A stretch of 64,000 nt of DNA from a virus (taxonomy: Duplodnaviria > Heunggongvirae > Uroviricota > Caudoviricetes), in the IMG/VR virus record IMGVR_UViG_2938655777_000006, positions 80,983 to 144,982 of that record, one strand, 5' to 3'. The translations under genes and the position numbers were made by a program. A model generated the notes under the pieces. It made no database searches and had not been told where the DNA came from. It saw only the letters and a program-made list of their open reading frames with translations. The number at the start of each line of letters is the position of its first letter. Position 1 is the first letter of the stretch. Of the stretch, positions 8,917-18,494 are shown one piece after another.

Positions 8917-9358
8917 TATTGTTGAAGGTAATTTACTTGATGCAACCGAAGATATTATTGGACACCAAACGAACACTAAAGGTGTATGGGGGTCAGGAGT
9001 TGCTAAAGCAATAAAAGATAAATATCCAAATGCTTATCCTGCTTACCACGACCTCTGTTATGAATACGGAGATAAGTTGCTAGGTAACTGTTGGACAATT
9101 AAAGCGAGTGATAATAAGTTTATAGCTAATTTGTTTGGGCAAACAAACTATGGGAGAGATAAAAACAAGGTTTATACTCATTATGACGCGTTAAAGTTAA
9201 GTTTGGAAATCTTAAAAACCAGAGCTGAGAGGTTCGGATATTCGGTAGCATTACCTTATAATATTGGCTGCGGATTGGCTAATGGAGACTGGGATATTGT
9301 ATATGAGATTATTGATGCAGTGTTTAGTGATTATAAAGTAACACTTTATAAAATGTGA
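8909..9358 (+). CDS. macro-domain (ADP-ribose binding/processing) protein
   Basis: MINIVEGNLLDATEDIIGHQTNTKGVWGSGVAKAI... matches macro-domain N-terminal G-rich pocket pattern; ATG 8909 after ataaGGAGGcaatca. Confidence 0.5.
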   Translation: MINIVEGNLLDATEDIIGHQTNTKGVWGSGVAKAIKDKYPNAYPAYHDLCYEYGDKLLGNCWTIKASDNKFIANLFGQTNYGRDKNKVYTHYDALKLSLEILKTRAERFGYSVALPYNIGCGLANGDWDIVYEIIDAVFSDYKVTLYKM

Positions 9359-9437
9359 GCAGAACAGGAAGAAGAGATTTTTAGAGCAATACATAGAGAC
9401 TATCTAATAAATAGTGGCTCCAAGTAGGAGGAAATTG

Positions 9438-9683
9438 ATGTATAAGAAGTATTGGAAAGAAGATGGTAAACGATACATGATAAAAATTGATGAAGTCAGA
9501 GTTAATACGAGTAGAGAACATGGGATGACATACTACAAACTTATTCAAAAACTAAAAATATTTCAGAAAAAGAAATACTTCTTGGGTTGGAAGTGTATTT
9601 ATTTAAATCAATGGGACGAAGAAAAGGGAGCAGATTTAATTAAAAGAATCCGTGAGAGCACTAACGATTGTTTTGGTAAATAA
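9438..9683 (+). CDS. hypothetical protein (81 aa)
   Basis: ATG 9438 after taGGAGGaaattg. Confidence 0.4.
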   Translation: MYKKYWKEDGKRYMIKIDEVRVNTSREHGMTYYKLIQKLKIFQKKKYFLGWKCIYLNQWDEEKGADLIKRIRESTNDCFGK

Positions 9684-9698
9684 AGGAGAGAAAATTTA

Positions 9699-9983
9699 AT
9701 GACTATAAGTGTGCCAATTGAAATTATCAAAAATAATAAAACTCAGGAATTTATTGAGTTGCAATTAGCGCATGAACGTTTAGATAATGAATTACAAAGA
9801 TGCGCTATTAAACTGGAAGAGTTATACGCTGAACTTAAAAGGATAATTAGTCCAACTGATCGTTATGGTCATTCATACACTTACAATTATGAGTACTTTA
9901 AAAAATGCAAAGCATGGAGAGAAGCGCTACTTATGCAAAATGCGATTAACGAAGTCGTGAACGTAGAAGAAAAAATCCAATAA
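9699..9983 (+). CDS. hypothetical protein (94 aa)
   Basis: RBS aaaggagagaaaatttaATG. Confidence 0.4.
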   Translation: MTISVPIEIIKNNKTQEFIELQLAHERLDNELQRCAIKLEELYAELKRIISPTDRYGHSYTYNYEYFKKCKAWREALLMQNAINEVVNVEEKIQ

Positions 9984-10096
9984 GTAAACGCTGCATACAT
10001 AGAAGTCAGAGAGAAACTTAGAGTTATTTATAGGAAATGTGGTATGACAAATGTGGTTATTTAAGTGGTGGCTACAAGTAACTGTGGAGGAATCAG

Positions 10097-10404
10097 ATGA
10101 ACAAAACAATTAGAGTTAGTGGACGCATTTCAAAGGATGTAGAAGGAATTCTGCTTGGTTGTGAGGTTCTCGGTAAATATATAGTTAACGAATTAGCCCC
10201 GAACAATTTCCTAAGTATGGTGAAAATCGCTATTGTGGCGAGGGTAACGATGGAATATGGAAATTTTACAATCACCCCTTAGCTTTCGTTCAAATCTATT
10301 TATACAACAAAGAAGTTACATTTGAAGAGGTCATTGATTATCAAATCTTGAGTTCGATTGGTGAATTGGACATCCAAGTGGATTGGGTGGTTATTCAGAA
10401 CTAA
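10097..10404 (+). pseudogene. hypothetical gene split by a frame change (N-part 10097..10282, C-part frame open 10189..10404)
   Basis: Both frames hand-translated; they overlap across a CCCC run at 10197-10200; one extra base would fuse them into ~102 aa. Confidence 0.4.
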
Positions 10405-10600
10405 CAATTTCTTATTTCAGCACAGAGCACCTGACAGTAGGTGGACACGATATAGAAAAGATATTGTCTTCATATCTTGGTAAGTATGCAATAGTTAATA
10501 TTGAAATAAAAGACGAACACTAAGTGTCGGTAAAATGCGTGTTTTATAGTGAGGAAAATCAAGTAAATGAAAGTAAATAGGAGAATGGGGGAACAAAGGA

Positions 10601-11155
10601 ATGAAGGATAAATACAAGTTGTTTTTAAAAAGATTGGCTCAACTATCTGAAGAAACTGGTGTTTATATTGAAACTCATGATGATCCCAACTATTATCCAA
10701 CACTTACAACGGAACCTTCATTATATCAATCTGAAAAAGTTCATAACGTTGTTTGGATTTATTATGATAGAAGTAATGAAAAGTACGTTGGATTGGTGAA
10801 TAATCCATATAATGGAGAAACAATTGAGGAAGAGGATTTAATGTTTGGTAGTGGGAGTATCAAAACACCAGAGACACAATCTCCATTTACGGATTATTAT
10901 TGTTGGTGTGATACTGAGAATGGCAGAGATTGCTGGATTGAAGTCTTATCCGAAGAAAATATTTTAAACACTGAAGAGATGGAAAAGCAAATAGCTTACG
11001 GCAAGAAAGCACATGTGATCAATCACAGAGGTTATAGATCATTTGTTGTTTTAAATACCAATGATGAGATGGTTTGGTGTTATCCCCCTACTGGATATAA
11101 ATCAGATTATTATCAAAATGAAGACTCACAAAAATTACTATGGTTGATACGCTAA
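10601..11155 (+). CDS. hypothetical protein (184 aa)
   Basis: RBS aatgggggaacaaaggaATG. Confidence 0.45.
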   Translation: MKDKYKLFLKRLAQLSEETGVYIETHDDPNYYPTLTTEPSLYQSEKVHNVVWIYYDRSNEKYVGLVNNPYNGETIEEEDLMFGSGSIKTPETQSPFTDYYCWCDTENGRDCWIEVLSEENILNTEEMEKQIAYGKKAHVINHRGYRSFVVLNTNDEMVWCYPPTGYKSDYYQNEDSQKLLWLIR

Positions 11156-11243
11156 TCCGGTTTTTTAATCAATACAATATATCCGAATTGAAATGAAAAA
11201 CCATGAGAGAGGTGGAAAATGAAAGTAGACACAGATAGTTTGT

Positions 11244-11402
11244 TTGCAATGTGAGCATTTTTGGCATGAGTGTGGAGATCCCAGTCAACAAGAAGAGTAT
11301 CAATGCATTGAAACATGTAATAGTCCTGATGAGAATGTCCAAGCAAAATTTGATGATGAATATGAGATTGATGTATGTGAAGGTTTTGTTAAAGAGATTT
11401 AA
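11244..11402 (+). CDS. small Cys-rich acidic protein (52 aa, TTG start or fused to upstream 11-codon ORF)
   Basis: Hand-translated MQCEHFWHECGDPSQQEEYQCIETCNSPDENVQAKFDDEYEIDVCEGFVKEI; SD-led ATG 11219 opens an 11-codon ORF ending TGA in the -1 frame. Confidence 0.3.
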   Translation: MQCEHFWHECGDPSQQEEYQCIETCNSPDENVQAKFDDEYEIDVCEGFVKEI

Positions 11403-11470
11403 TATGAAATAAATATGTAAATGGAGATGTGATCTTGTTTAGTAATGAAATTATCGTAAAAGGAAATCAT

Positions 11471-11659
11471 ATGTCTGGAACAATTAAAAAGAACGATGGC
11501 AACAAAGATTCATCAAATCATCCATACATATTGCACAGTGGCTTGAATTTTGGTGGTCGTGGAGGAACAACATGGACTGCCGATAAGTTGAGGGAGATTA
11601 TTGAGGAAATACAGAATGTAATTGTTGAAATCGATAAGCAGAATGGAGATTTAAAATGA
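11471..11659 (+). CDS. hypothetical protein (62 aa)
   Basis: ATG 11471 after aaaaggaaatcat; track ORF uses upstream GTG. Confidence 0.4.
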   Translation: MSGTIKKNDGNKDSSNHPYILHSGLNFGGRGGTTWTADKLREIIEEIQNVIVEIDKQNGDLK

Positions 11660-11844
11660 CAACTGAAACCGAAAAAACTAATCCGCAAACCATTTACGTT
11701 GTCCAAGGGAGAAGTGGAATTGTGTTCTCTGCAACCTCTAACTATGAAGAGGCTTTGAAGGTTAAGAATAGTTTAAATGAGATCGAAAGCGATAGAGCTA
11801 AAATGTCATATTGGGAAAATAATAAGATTGTCTTGCAAGATTGA
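11656..11844 (+). CDS. hypothetical protein (62 aa)
   Basis: ATGA overlap with previous gene. Confidence 0.4.
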   Translation: MTTETEKTNPQTIYVVQGRSGIVFSATSNYEEALKVKNSLNEIESDRAKMSYWENNKIVLQD

Positions 11845-11923
11845 TAAATATTCAAGGTAAAATACATACTTTATCAATTGAGTAATTATAACCGATATTA
11901 AAAAAGTATAAAACTAAGAAGGG

Positions 11924-12175
11924 ATGATTATATTGAAAATCACTGGTAAGCATGTTTGCAATAGTAGTTTTAATGATTGTAATTACGAATACAATTGGGA
12001 GGCGCAAATCTCACAACATGTGTCATCGTCATCTTTTGAAGTAGAATTAATTGATGAAAATAAAGCTCAAGCATCAATTAAATCAAGTGATGATGGCGAG
12101 TTTTATGAGGTTAAAACCATCTGTCCAAGATGTTATCAGGATAATTTATTCAGATATCCAAAATCTCTAAACTAA
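11924..12175 (+). CDS. hypothetical protein (83 aa)
   Basis: ORF in track. Confidence 0.4.
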   Translation: MIILKITGKHVCNSSFNDCNYEYNWEAQISQHVSSSSFEVELIDENKAQASIKSSDDGEFYEVKTICPRCYQDNLFRYPKSLN

Positions 12176-12182
12176 AAATATA

Positions 12183-12235
12183 CCACCTGATCTGTGTCAA
12201 ATATTCTAAACTTCTCATTTTTACAGATCGGGTGG
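12183..12235. other. imperfect 13-bp inverted repeat (stem-loop)
   Basis: ccacctgatctgt ... acagatcgggtgg (12/13 complementary), 27-nt loop, after gene 11924..12175. Confidence 0.3.
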
Positions 12236-12270
12236 GATCAAAATAAAATGAACCTTTCAAGGAGATTTGG

Positions 12271-12453
12271 ATGAAAAATTTTCTAATAAGTTATTTGCTA
12301 ACTGCTTTAAATATGATAATGATTATGCTTGTTTGTTACTACCCTTTAAAATGGATATTTAGGATCAATAAGATGAAGATCAGTCTATTAGAATTTTATT
12401 ACATAACGCTCGCGAGTTTCCTTGTAGTTTCATTATTTAAATTTACACTATAA
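12271..12453 (+). CDS. small membrane protein
   Basis: Hydrophobic 60-aa ORF; RBS caaggagatttggATG. Confidence 0.4.
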   Translation: MKNFLISYLLTALNMIMIMLVCYYPLKWIFRINKMKISLLEFYYITLASFLVVSLFKFTL

Positions 12454-12604
12454 ATGAAGTGGGCGGTACAGTGTGGGTTTACTAAATTGATCACACCTGA
12501 ATACTATGAAATTCATATGGAAGATGACTGATAAAATTGGGCTTTTACGATGAAATATATTGAGATTAAGTTGGTACGAAAATTGAAGAAGGAGAAGTGA
12601 TAAC

Positions 12605-13069
12605 ATGGAGCTAGATAATTATTTGAATAATGCAGTTATCAGCAATGAACTGTCCAAGGCGATTAGTATTGCCGCAAATCTACATACAGGGCAATTTGAT
12701 AAGGGAGGAAATCCATACATACTTCATCCTCTCAGAGTAATGATGAAGATGGAAGATCGCACATCTATGATTGTTGCCGTGCTACATGACGTTTTGGAAG
12801 ACACTTTCTTTACTATTCATGATGCCGAGGATAGTGAATTTAGTGACAAAGTAATTGAAGCACTTAAGGCGATTACAAGAAAGAAAGACGAATCATACAT
12901 GGACTTCATTCGTCGCTGTAAGCAAAATGAATTGGCACGAAAAGTTAAGATTGCTGATATTGAAGATAACATGGATTTGAGTAGGATTGAGCAGCCAACA
13001 AAGAAGGATTATGAGCGAACAAAGAAATATGAAAAGGCATTAAAGGAGCTAATAAGCATTGAAGAGTGA
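12605..13069 (+). CDS. small alarmone hydrolase, RelA/SpoT-type HD domain ((p)ppGpp hydrolase-like)
   Basis: HTGQFDKGGNPYILHPLRV ... AVLHDVLEDT match the HD-domain signature of RelA/SpoT hydrolase domains; RBS gaAGGAGaagtga. Confidence 0.55.
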   Translation: MELDNYLNNAVISNELSKAISIAANLHTGQFDKGGNPYILHPLRVMMKMEDRTSMIVAVLHDVLEDTFFTIHDAEDSEFSDKVIEALKAITRKKDESYMDFIRRCKQNELARKVKIADIEDNMDLSRIEQPTKKDYERTKKYEKALKELISIEE

Positions 13070-13262
13070 TTTAGAATTGCTACAGCAGATTTATAAAGTA
13101 GCAAGTGCTCTGGATCTTGTATGTACTGTATTGAATCGTGGCGAAAGTACTATGAGTGGTGCAGAGTATGAAGAGTTAATGGAGTTGATGATTGAAGTGA
13201 AAGATTATTTAGAAGCTAAAGATCTGTAAAAGCATCGTTTTACCAAGATAGGAGAATACATA

Positions 13263-13547
13263 ATGGCAAAACAGAAGACCAATGTTCAGTATCAATTCCC
13301 ATCCAAAACAGACAATGTATTTCGCATTTACCTCAAGAAGAACCATTTGAACAATTTGATTGTAATTAGATTTGAGTTGCCAACTGGAGAGGAATACACA
13401 CGAAACTACGGAAACATTCCTTCAAATAAACTATTGGTTGGACACGAAGGAAAAGAATTTGAATTGTATATAGATGGCGACTATGTTGGACAAAGAGTTC
13501 TTATTGAGGCAGATGGGAATATGTTTAGATACGATGCTATTGAATAG
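13263..13547 (+). CDS. hypothetical protein (94 aa)
   Basis: RBS ataGGAGaatacataATG. Confidence 0.45.
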   Translation: MAKQKTNVQYQFPSKTDNVFRIYLKKNHLNNLIVIRFELPTGEEYTRNYGNIPSNKLLVGHEGKEFELYIDGDYVGQRVLIEADGNMFRYDAIE

Positions 13548-13593
13548 TTATTTAGTTAGTTGTACACTATAAGAACAAACGTTCTAGGAGTGT

Positions 13594-13986
13594 GTGTACA
13601 GCATGAGCAATTATATAACATCTAATGAGGACACTCAGCTTGTAATTGATTTTATACAGCTACCTTATGTGTTAGATGTGCTGGAGCTAAACTTAAAAAA
13701 GATTAAACAGTCTGACTTAAAAATGAAGGAATTGTTCGTGTTGTATCTAGAGGGCTTGCAAAGTAGAGTGTTGATGGATTTGAAAGTTGTTCGTCAAAAA
13801 ATGAGACAGCGAGGAATAAAGGTGTTTGATGGGGTTAGGTCAGACAAAGATTTGGTAACTGAGTACCTATGTCGTGGGTATACTCATACCATGCGATTCC
13901 TTTGGTCTAAGATCAGAAGAGATGTTGAAGTAAGAATAGCTGCCTATATGGAAATTGATATGAATAAACTGGTCAGGCTGGAATAA
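13594..13986 (+). CDS. hypothetical protein (130 aa)
   Basis: ORF in track (GTG 13594 or ATG 13603). Confidence 0.4.
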   Translation: MYSMSNYITSNEDTQLVIDFIQLPYVLDVLELNLKKIKQSDLKMKELFVLYLEGLQSRVLMDLKVVRQKMRQRGIKVFDGVRSDKDLVTEYLCRGYTHTMRFLWSKIRRDVEVRIAAYMEIDMNKLVRLE

Positions 13987-14278
13987 TTCAGCTTGACTTA
14001 AACAAACAAAAATAATAAAATTATTTATAGAGATGAAAAGTGAATTTGCGCCAGTACATAGGAAAATGTTGTATAATATGATGCAGAGGTAGGTGGCAGC
14101 AAGATGACAGAAGAAAATGAAAAGATAAGAGAGCATATTCACCAAGCAATACGAGCATTAGAACATTATCTTGAGTGCGAACTAGAAGATGAAGATAGAT
14201 ATTACAAGAGAATGCAATAACCTATTTTGAATCGATTATAGAGTAAAAAGATAATTTTATATAGATCGGAGAAAACTA

Positions 14279-14878
14279 ATGGATACGCAAACAGTAGATA
14301 CTCTGAATAAACTACTAACAATCGCCTTTCCTGCATCAATCTTGACAGCGATTTTAGCAAGTATATTTAACAAATTTACGAACGACAAGAATCAGTCTCT
14401 TAAATATATTACAGAGGAGAGAGCAAAATGGAGAGAATTTGTAAGGGATAGTGTTTCCAAAATTTGTGCCAGTAATTATGGCGAAGAGAGTAGGAAAGCG
14501 GTTATAACCAGGCTGAAATTGAGCTTAAACCCACTCGATGGTAAAAGGAATTTTCTGGATGTAAATATTTTGGATATATTAAATAAAATTCTTGATTACA
14601 AATCGACTCCTGATGATTTGAAGGAATTAAGCTATTTGGTTGGATTACTATTGAAGTATGATTGGGAAAGGTCAAAAAATGAAACTAAAAGTATACTAAA
14701 AAGGTGGTATCATAATTTCAAACTCAATGTTAAGTTTAGAGTTTTACGAAAGAGAATAAATGCTCCTCGTAAAACCGTTTCAGATGAAAATCTAGATGCC
14801 TGTGAAAAGATGAATGAATATGAACTATGGGAAACAGTTAGGAAAATTGCAGATCAAGGCATGAAAAAAACTAGATAA
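14279..14878 (+). CDS. hypothetical protein, N-terminal membrane anchor
   Basis: LLTIAFPASILTAILASIF hydrophobic N-term; RBS atcGGAGaaaactaATG. Confidence 0.45.
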   Translation: MDTQTVDTLNKLLTIAFPASILTAILASIFNKFTNDKNQSLKYITEERAKWREFVRDSVSKICASNYGEESRKAVITRLKLSLNPLDGKRNFLDVNILDILNKILDYKSTPDDLKELSYLVGLLLKYDWERSKNETKSILKRWYHNFKLNVKFRVLRKRINAPRKTVSDENLDACEKMNEYELWETVRKIADQGMKKTR

Positions 14879-14973
14879 AATATGACTTTCATTATAAACC
14901 TCATATTTGTTACTTTATATATATTTATTAGTCATCTAACTGACTGGAAATTATTCAAATAGGTGATTAGGCT

Positions 14974-15360
14974 ATGAAGAAAAAGACTAGGAAAATCTAC
15001 ATTGGAGAGAAAGAATACCTATATGTTATCAATCAAAAATATCATAATGGTATAAATGAAATTACTCTTTCTATATCATTAAAAGAACTAAAGAATACTA
15101 TAATTTCATTCCATTTTTGTACATATGATGACTCAATTGTAGGAAGCCCTCTTCTAGTAGGTGCCCCCTTAAAGGAAATAGTGACTGGAAATATTGAAAA
15201 TCTCAATCTGCATCACCCAAGAGTAGTCAGACTATTTGTATTATATGGATTGGAAAATGGATGGAATGAATTGAGCAGGATGGAGTTTGATGGCCTAAAA
15301 GCACTTTATGAACTGGGATATGATAGCTCATGGCTCAAACCAAAACACATGCCTGATTAA
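14974..15360 (+). CDS. hypothetical protein (128 aa)
   Basis: ORF in track. Confidence 0.4.
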   Translation: MKKKTRKIYIGEKEYLYVINQKYHNGINEITLSISLKELKNTIISFHFCTYDDSIVGSPLLVGAPLKEIVTGNIENLNLHHPRVVRLFVLYGLENGWNELSRMEFDGLKALYELGYDSSWLKPKHMPD

Positions 15361-15512
15361 TATTTCAAGGGTAAGATAACGGGCAGGATAATTTAATAAT
15401 AGTAACGATTTTTATAATGCGAGTCTACTGAATACTTAGTAAAATTAGTTTTGACTGATTTAATTAGTTTGGAAGTTAAGTGATAAAGCAAATATTTTAT
15501 AGGAGGTTCATA

Positions 15513-15740
15513 ATGATTGGTTTTCAATTGCCTACATATTATGGTATGAACATTACATATTTTAAAAATAACTCAAACTACTATATGTGTTTTGATGAAG
15601 GATACACGTCAGGAAAGACCCAGATATCAAAAGATTTTTACGAATCGGTTTTGAAAGAGTTTGGAGTCAAGCAAGAGTTGGTGTGGGATGAAGGAAAAGA
15701 AGATGAGGAAGTCACTGATATAATAAAAGAGTTTGGATAA
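15513..15740 (+). CDS. hypothetical protein (75 aa)
   Basis: ATG 15513 after atAGGAGGttcata. Confidence 0.4.
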   Translation: MIGFQLPTYYGMNITYFKNNSNYYMCFDEGYTSGKTQISKDFYESVLKEFGVKQELVWDEGKEDEEVTDIIKEFG

Positions 15741-15773
15741 ATCGTACATTTTATCGCAAAGGAAGCGACGAGG

Positions 15774-16385
15774 GTGCTGAAATACAAGCAACATGGTAGA
15801 TGGCAGCACATTTATTCTGGCAGTTATAAAGACAAGAATATCAATGAAGCAACGCATGAAAAGTATCTATTCTTCTCAAATGATAGAGGCTCACTGATTC
15901 AGATAGCTGAAACAGAAATAAAGCATAATGGATTCTATTGGGCTAAAGTAGTCGATGAACCTATGACACCCTCAAGTGGTTATGTCTTGTGTTTGTACTG
16001 GAATGATGATTCAAGATTGGATGAGCTTAAAGAGAGATATCATGACAAAATTAAATGGAAATCCGACGAGGATACTCGAAACGGAAAGTACTCTGAAGGT
16101 TACTCTGCATATGATCTAATGGGAAGTGTGCCGTTTGATATAAAAGATAGACGGCTTTACGAGGACTACTATAGAACATGGTTCCATGACAACCGCCATG
16201 ATGAAAAGTATAACTTTGATAAGATTATTGATGAAGTGGTAGATGAAATATGCGAGAACTTACCAGAGGAGTACTTAGCTAAAATGTCTCACTTTGACCT
16301 TTCGGTTATATCAATAAAGAAAAGTCATCGCAAGGTATATATTGAAGATCTCGTTGAGGCGTATAAAAACTCAAAGGAAAGATGA
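15774..16385 (+). CDS. hypothetical protein (203 aa)
   Basis: GTG start after gcaaaGGAAGcgacgaggGTG. Confidence 0.45.
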   Translation: MLKYKQHGRWQHIYSGSYKDKNINEATHEKYLFFSNDRGSLIQIAETEIKHNGFYWAKVVDEPMTPSSGYVLCLYWNDDSRLDELKERYHDKIKWKSDEDTRNGKYSEGYSAYDLMGSVPFDIKDRRLYEDYYRTWFHDNRHDEKYNFDKIIDEVVDEICENLPEEYLAKMSHFDLSVISIKKSHRKVYIEDLVEAYKNSKER

Positions 16386-16487
16386 AATGAAATTTGGTGA
16401 AAAGGTAATATCAATTAAAGGTGTTACTGTGAGGCAGTAAATCTGATGGGATTTTCCTTTCATTAGAATATAGAAAGAAGGATACAG

Positions 16488-16739
16488 GTGACACACGACT
16501 TTGATTCTGAGCGATTCTATACGATAGTTGGAAGGAATATTGAAAAGGCTAGAAAGAGTAAGAACCACACTTTACAATCTCTAGCGGATGAATTGGGAGT
16601 TACAAAGAAGACAGTTCATAGATACGAGAATGCAGAGATTAAAGTGAGTATTGATCGTTTAATACAAATGGCTGGTGTACTGAGTACAACAGTGGGGAAG
16701 CTCACTGAAGGTATTCTGTTGTATGATGAATCAAAGTAA
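16488..16739 (+). CDS. XRE-family helix-turn-helix transcriptional regulator
   Basis: LQSLADELGVTKKTVHRYENAE HTH signature; GTG start. Confidence 0.5.
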   Translation: MTHDFDSERFYTIVGRNIEKARKSKNHTLQSLADELGVTKKTVHRYENAEIKVSIDRLIQMAGVLSTTVGKLTEGILLYDESK

Positions 16740-16771
16740 AATCTTTCTTTTACCATAACAGAGGTGAGACA

Positions 16772-17203
16772 TTGCAACATTATCATTTGTTCAAGAAACT
16801 CAAGTCAGAAACATGGTGTTGGCATAACGAGAAGGATAATGAACTTTGGGATTTGATTGGAAAAGAGTTTGACAATGAACGTTGGCAATCTATCATGCAG
16901 TTGTTGGTTAATCAAAACATGTCAAAGAAAAATAAGGATATGATAACTAAGAACTCGTATAGACTGACTGTGAAAATTAAAGAGGAAACTGGTATAGAAG
17001 TTTTTCCTGTAATTCTTCAAATCAATTATGGAGCAACATCAAAGATGGAGAGGTATGGGTGGAAAATGTATTCGTTAGCCGAAGATCAATTAAGATATGT
17101 ATACTCCAATTGGTCACCAAAGGACTTGCTACCAAAGAAATATGAAATAGAAGATGAGGTAATTGGTGCATTAGATGTTGAACTGAATAGAAAATTGAGA
17201 TGA
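16772..17203 (+). CDS. hypothetical protein (143 aa)
   Basis: TTG start after cagaGGTGAgaca. Confidence 0.4.
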   Translation: MQHYHLFKKLKSETWCWHNEKDNELWDLIGKEFDNERWQSIMQLLVNQNMSKKNKDMITKNSYRLTVKIKEETGIEVFPVILQINYGATSKMERYGWKMYSLAEDQLRYVYSNWSPKDLLPKKYEIEDEVIGALDVELNRKLR

Positions 17204-17234
17204 AAGTTTACTTTGATAAAGAGGAGACTTCTTT

Positions 17235-17792
17235 ATGTTCGAGCTGACTAAAGAGAATATACCTATTTTGACATTGATAGTTTCGTTTGTCGGTCTTTTG
17301 TTAACAACTTATACGGCAACAATTAATGTTACAAGACAAAAGAAAGCGAACCTAGAGATTGAGAGAATTCGCATAAAAAGAGAAATGAAAATTGCAGCAT
17401 ATGATCGTATTTCCTCTTCTATTTTTAAGTTAATGCATTTCATACAACTGATTTTATCAAGCTCTTTAGATAGGAAAGAAGTTAAAGATGCAGAAAAAGA
17501 ATTCAGTAATCTTAAAGAAGTGTTTAGGAGTAGGGCGTATATATTTAAACAAACCTTTGCTTTTGAAGAGTCGGTCAGGAGTATGGAATCACTTTTTCAA
17601 CTCTTAGAATCACATTACCATCAAAGAGTACAAGTTATTTTTATGAAAGAGGATGTTAAAGATATTATTTTACCAGCTTATGATAATTTACGTTACTTAG
17701 AGTCTGATCTTCATCGTGATGTATTTGAAGAAATAAACTCCAATTCGCAAAGTGTGTTTATCAAAATGATTAAAAAAGTCCTGAAAAGATGA
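17235..17792 (+). CDS. membrane-anchored protein (185 aa)
   Basis: N-terminal TM IPILTLIVSFVGLLLTTYTA; RBS aagaggagacttctttATG. Confidence 0.45.
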   Translation: MFELTKENIPILTLIVSFVGLLLTTYTATINVTRQKKANLEIERIRIKREMKIAAYDRISSSIFKLMHFIQLILSSSLDRKEVKDAEKEFSNLKEVFRSRAYIFKQTFAFEESVRSMESLFQLLESHYHQRVQVIFMKEDVKDIILPAYDNLRYLESDLHRDVFEEINSNSQSVFIKMIKKVLKR

Positions 17793-17887
17793 ATCAATCA
17801 TGATCAACAAAAACGAGCAAGGTAGGATTCGAGAATTTTTCAGATCTGATTGCATTATAAGAACATGACAACAAGGAGACTACATCA

Positions 17888-18145
17888 ATGAGCGAACAAG
17901 AGTATAAGATTAAACTGCTTACCAGTAATCAATACAGTGAATTTTATTTTTATGCCTCTATCGATGAGCTAGAAGAGTATTTAAATGAAACGTTGGCAAT
18001 AACTCCAGAACAGTTTTTAGAGTGTTGCACTATGGGGCAGTCACGACAGTTTTTTGAATGGATTAAAGCGAAATCTAATCAAAGAATTCAGAATGAACAA
18101 AAGGAAACAAATGAAGAACCAACAGAAGGAAAAGAACAAGAATAG
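17888..18145 (+). CDS. hypothetical acidic protein (85 aa)
   Basis: RBS caaggagactacatcaATG. Confidence 0.4.
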   Translation: MSEQEYKIKLLTSNQYSEFYFYASIDELEEYLNETLAITPEQFLECCTMGQSRQFFEWIKAKSNQRIQNEQKETNEEPTEGKEQE

Positions 18146-18182
18146 TAAAAGGTTGATTCTGCTATGAGAAGGAGGTGATAAT

Positions 18183-18365
18183 TTGAGTCTATATGAAAAT
18201 CTATCGGAACTTTACCATCAATTAGGTTGGAAGTACGAGGAACTACATGTCGCAGTAGAAGATGATAATAAAAAAGAAATATTGCGACTTAATGATGAAA
18301 TTAATTCACTAATGCAACAAAGCGAAGAATTATATATTGAAAAAATACATACTAAATTGCCGTAA
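18183..18365 (+). CDS. hypothetical protein (60 aa, TTG start)
   Basis: gaaGGAGGTGAtaatTTG. Confidence 0.4.
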   Translation: MSLYENLSELYHQLGWKYEELHVAVEDDNKKEILRLNDEINSLMQQSEELYIEKIHTKLP

Positions 18366-18494
18366 GAATGTAGATTGGATATGAAGAAGAGATTTACTCG
18401 CTAGACATAAATACTTTGATAAAAGTTCAATTTTACTGATATACATAACTTACCGCAGAAATAGTATATACTCATTTGATATACTGTTAAATGG

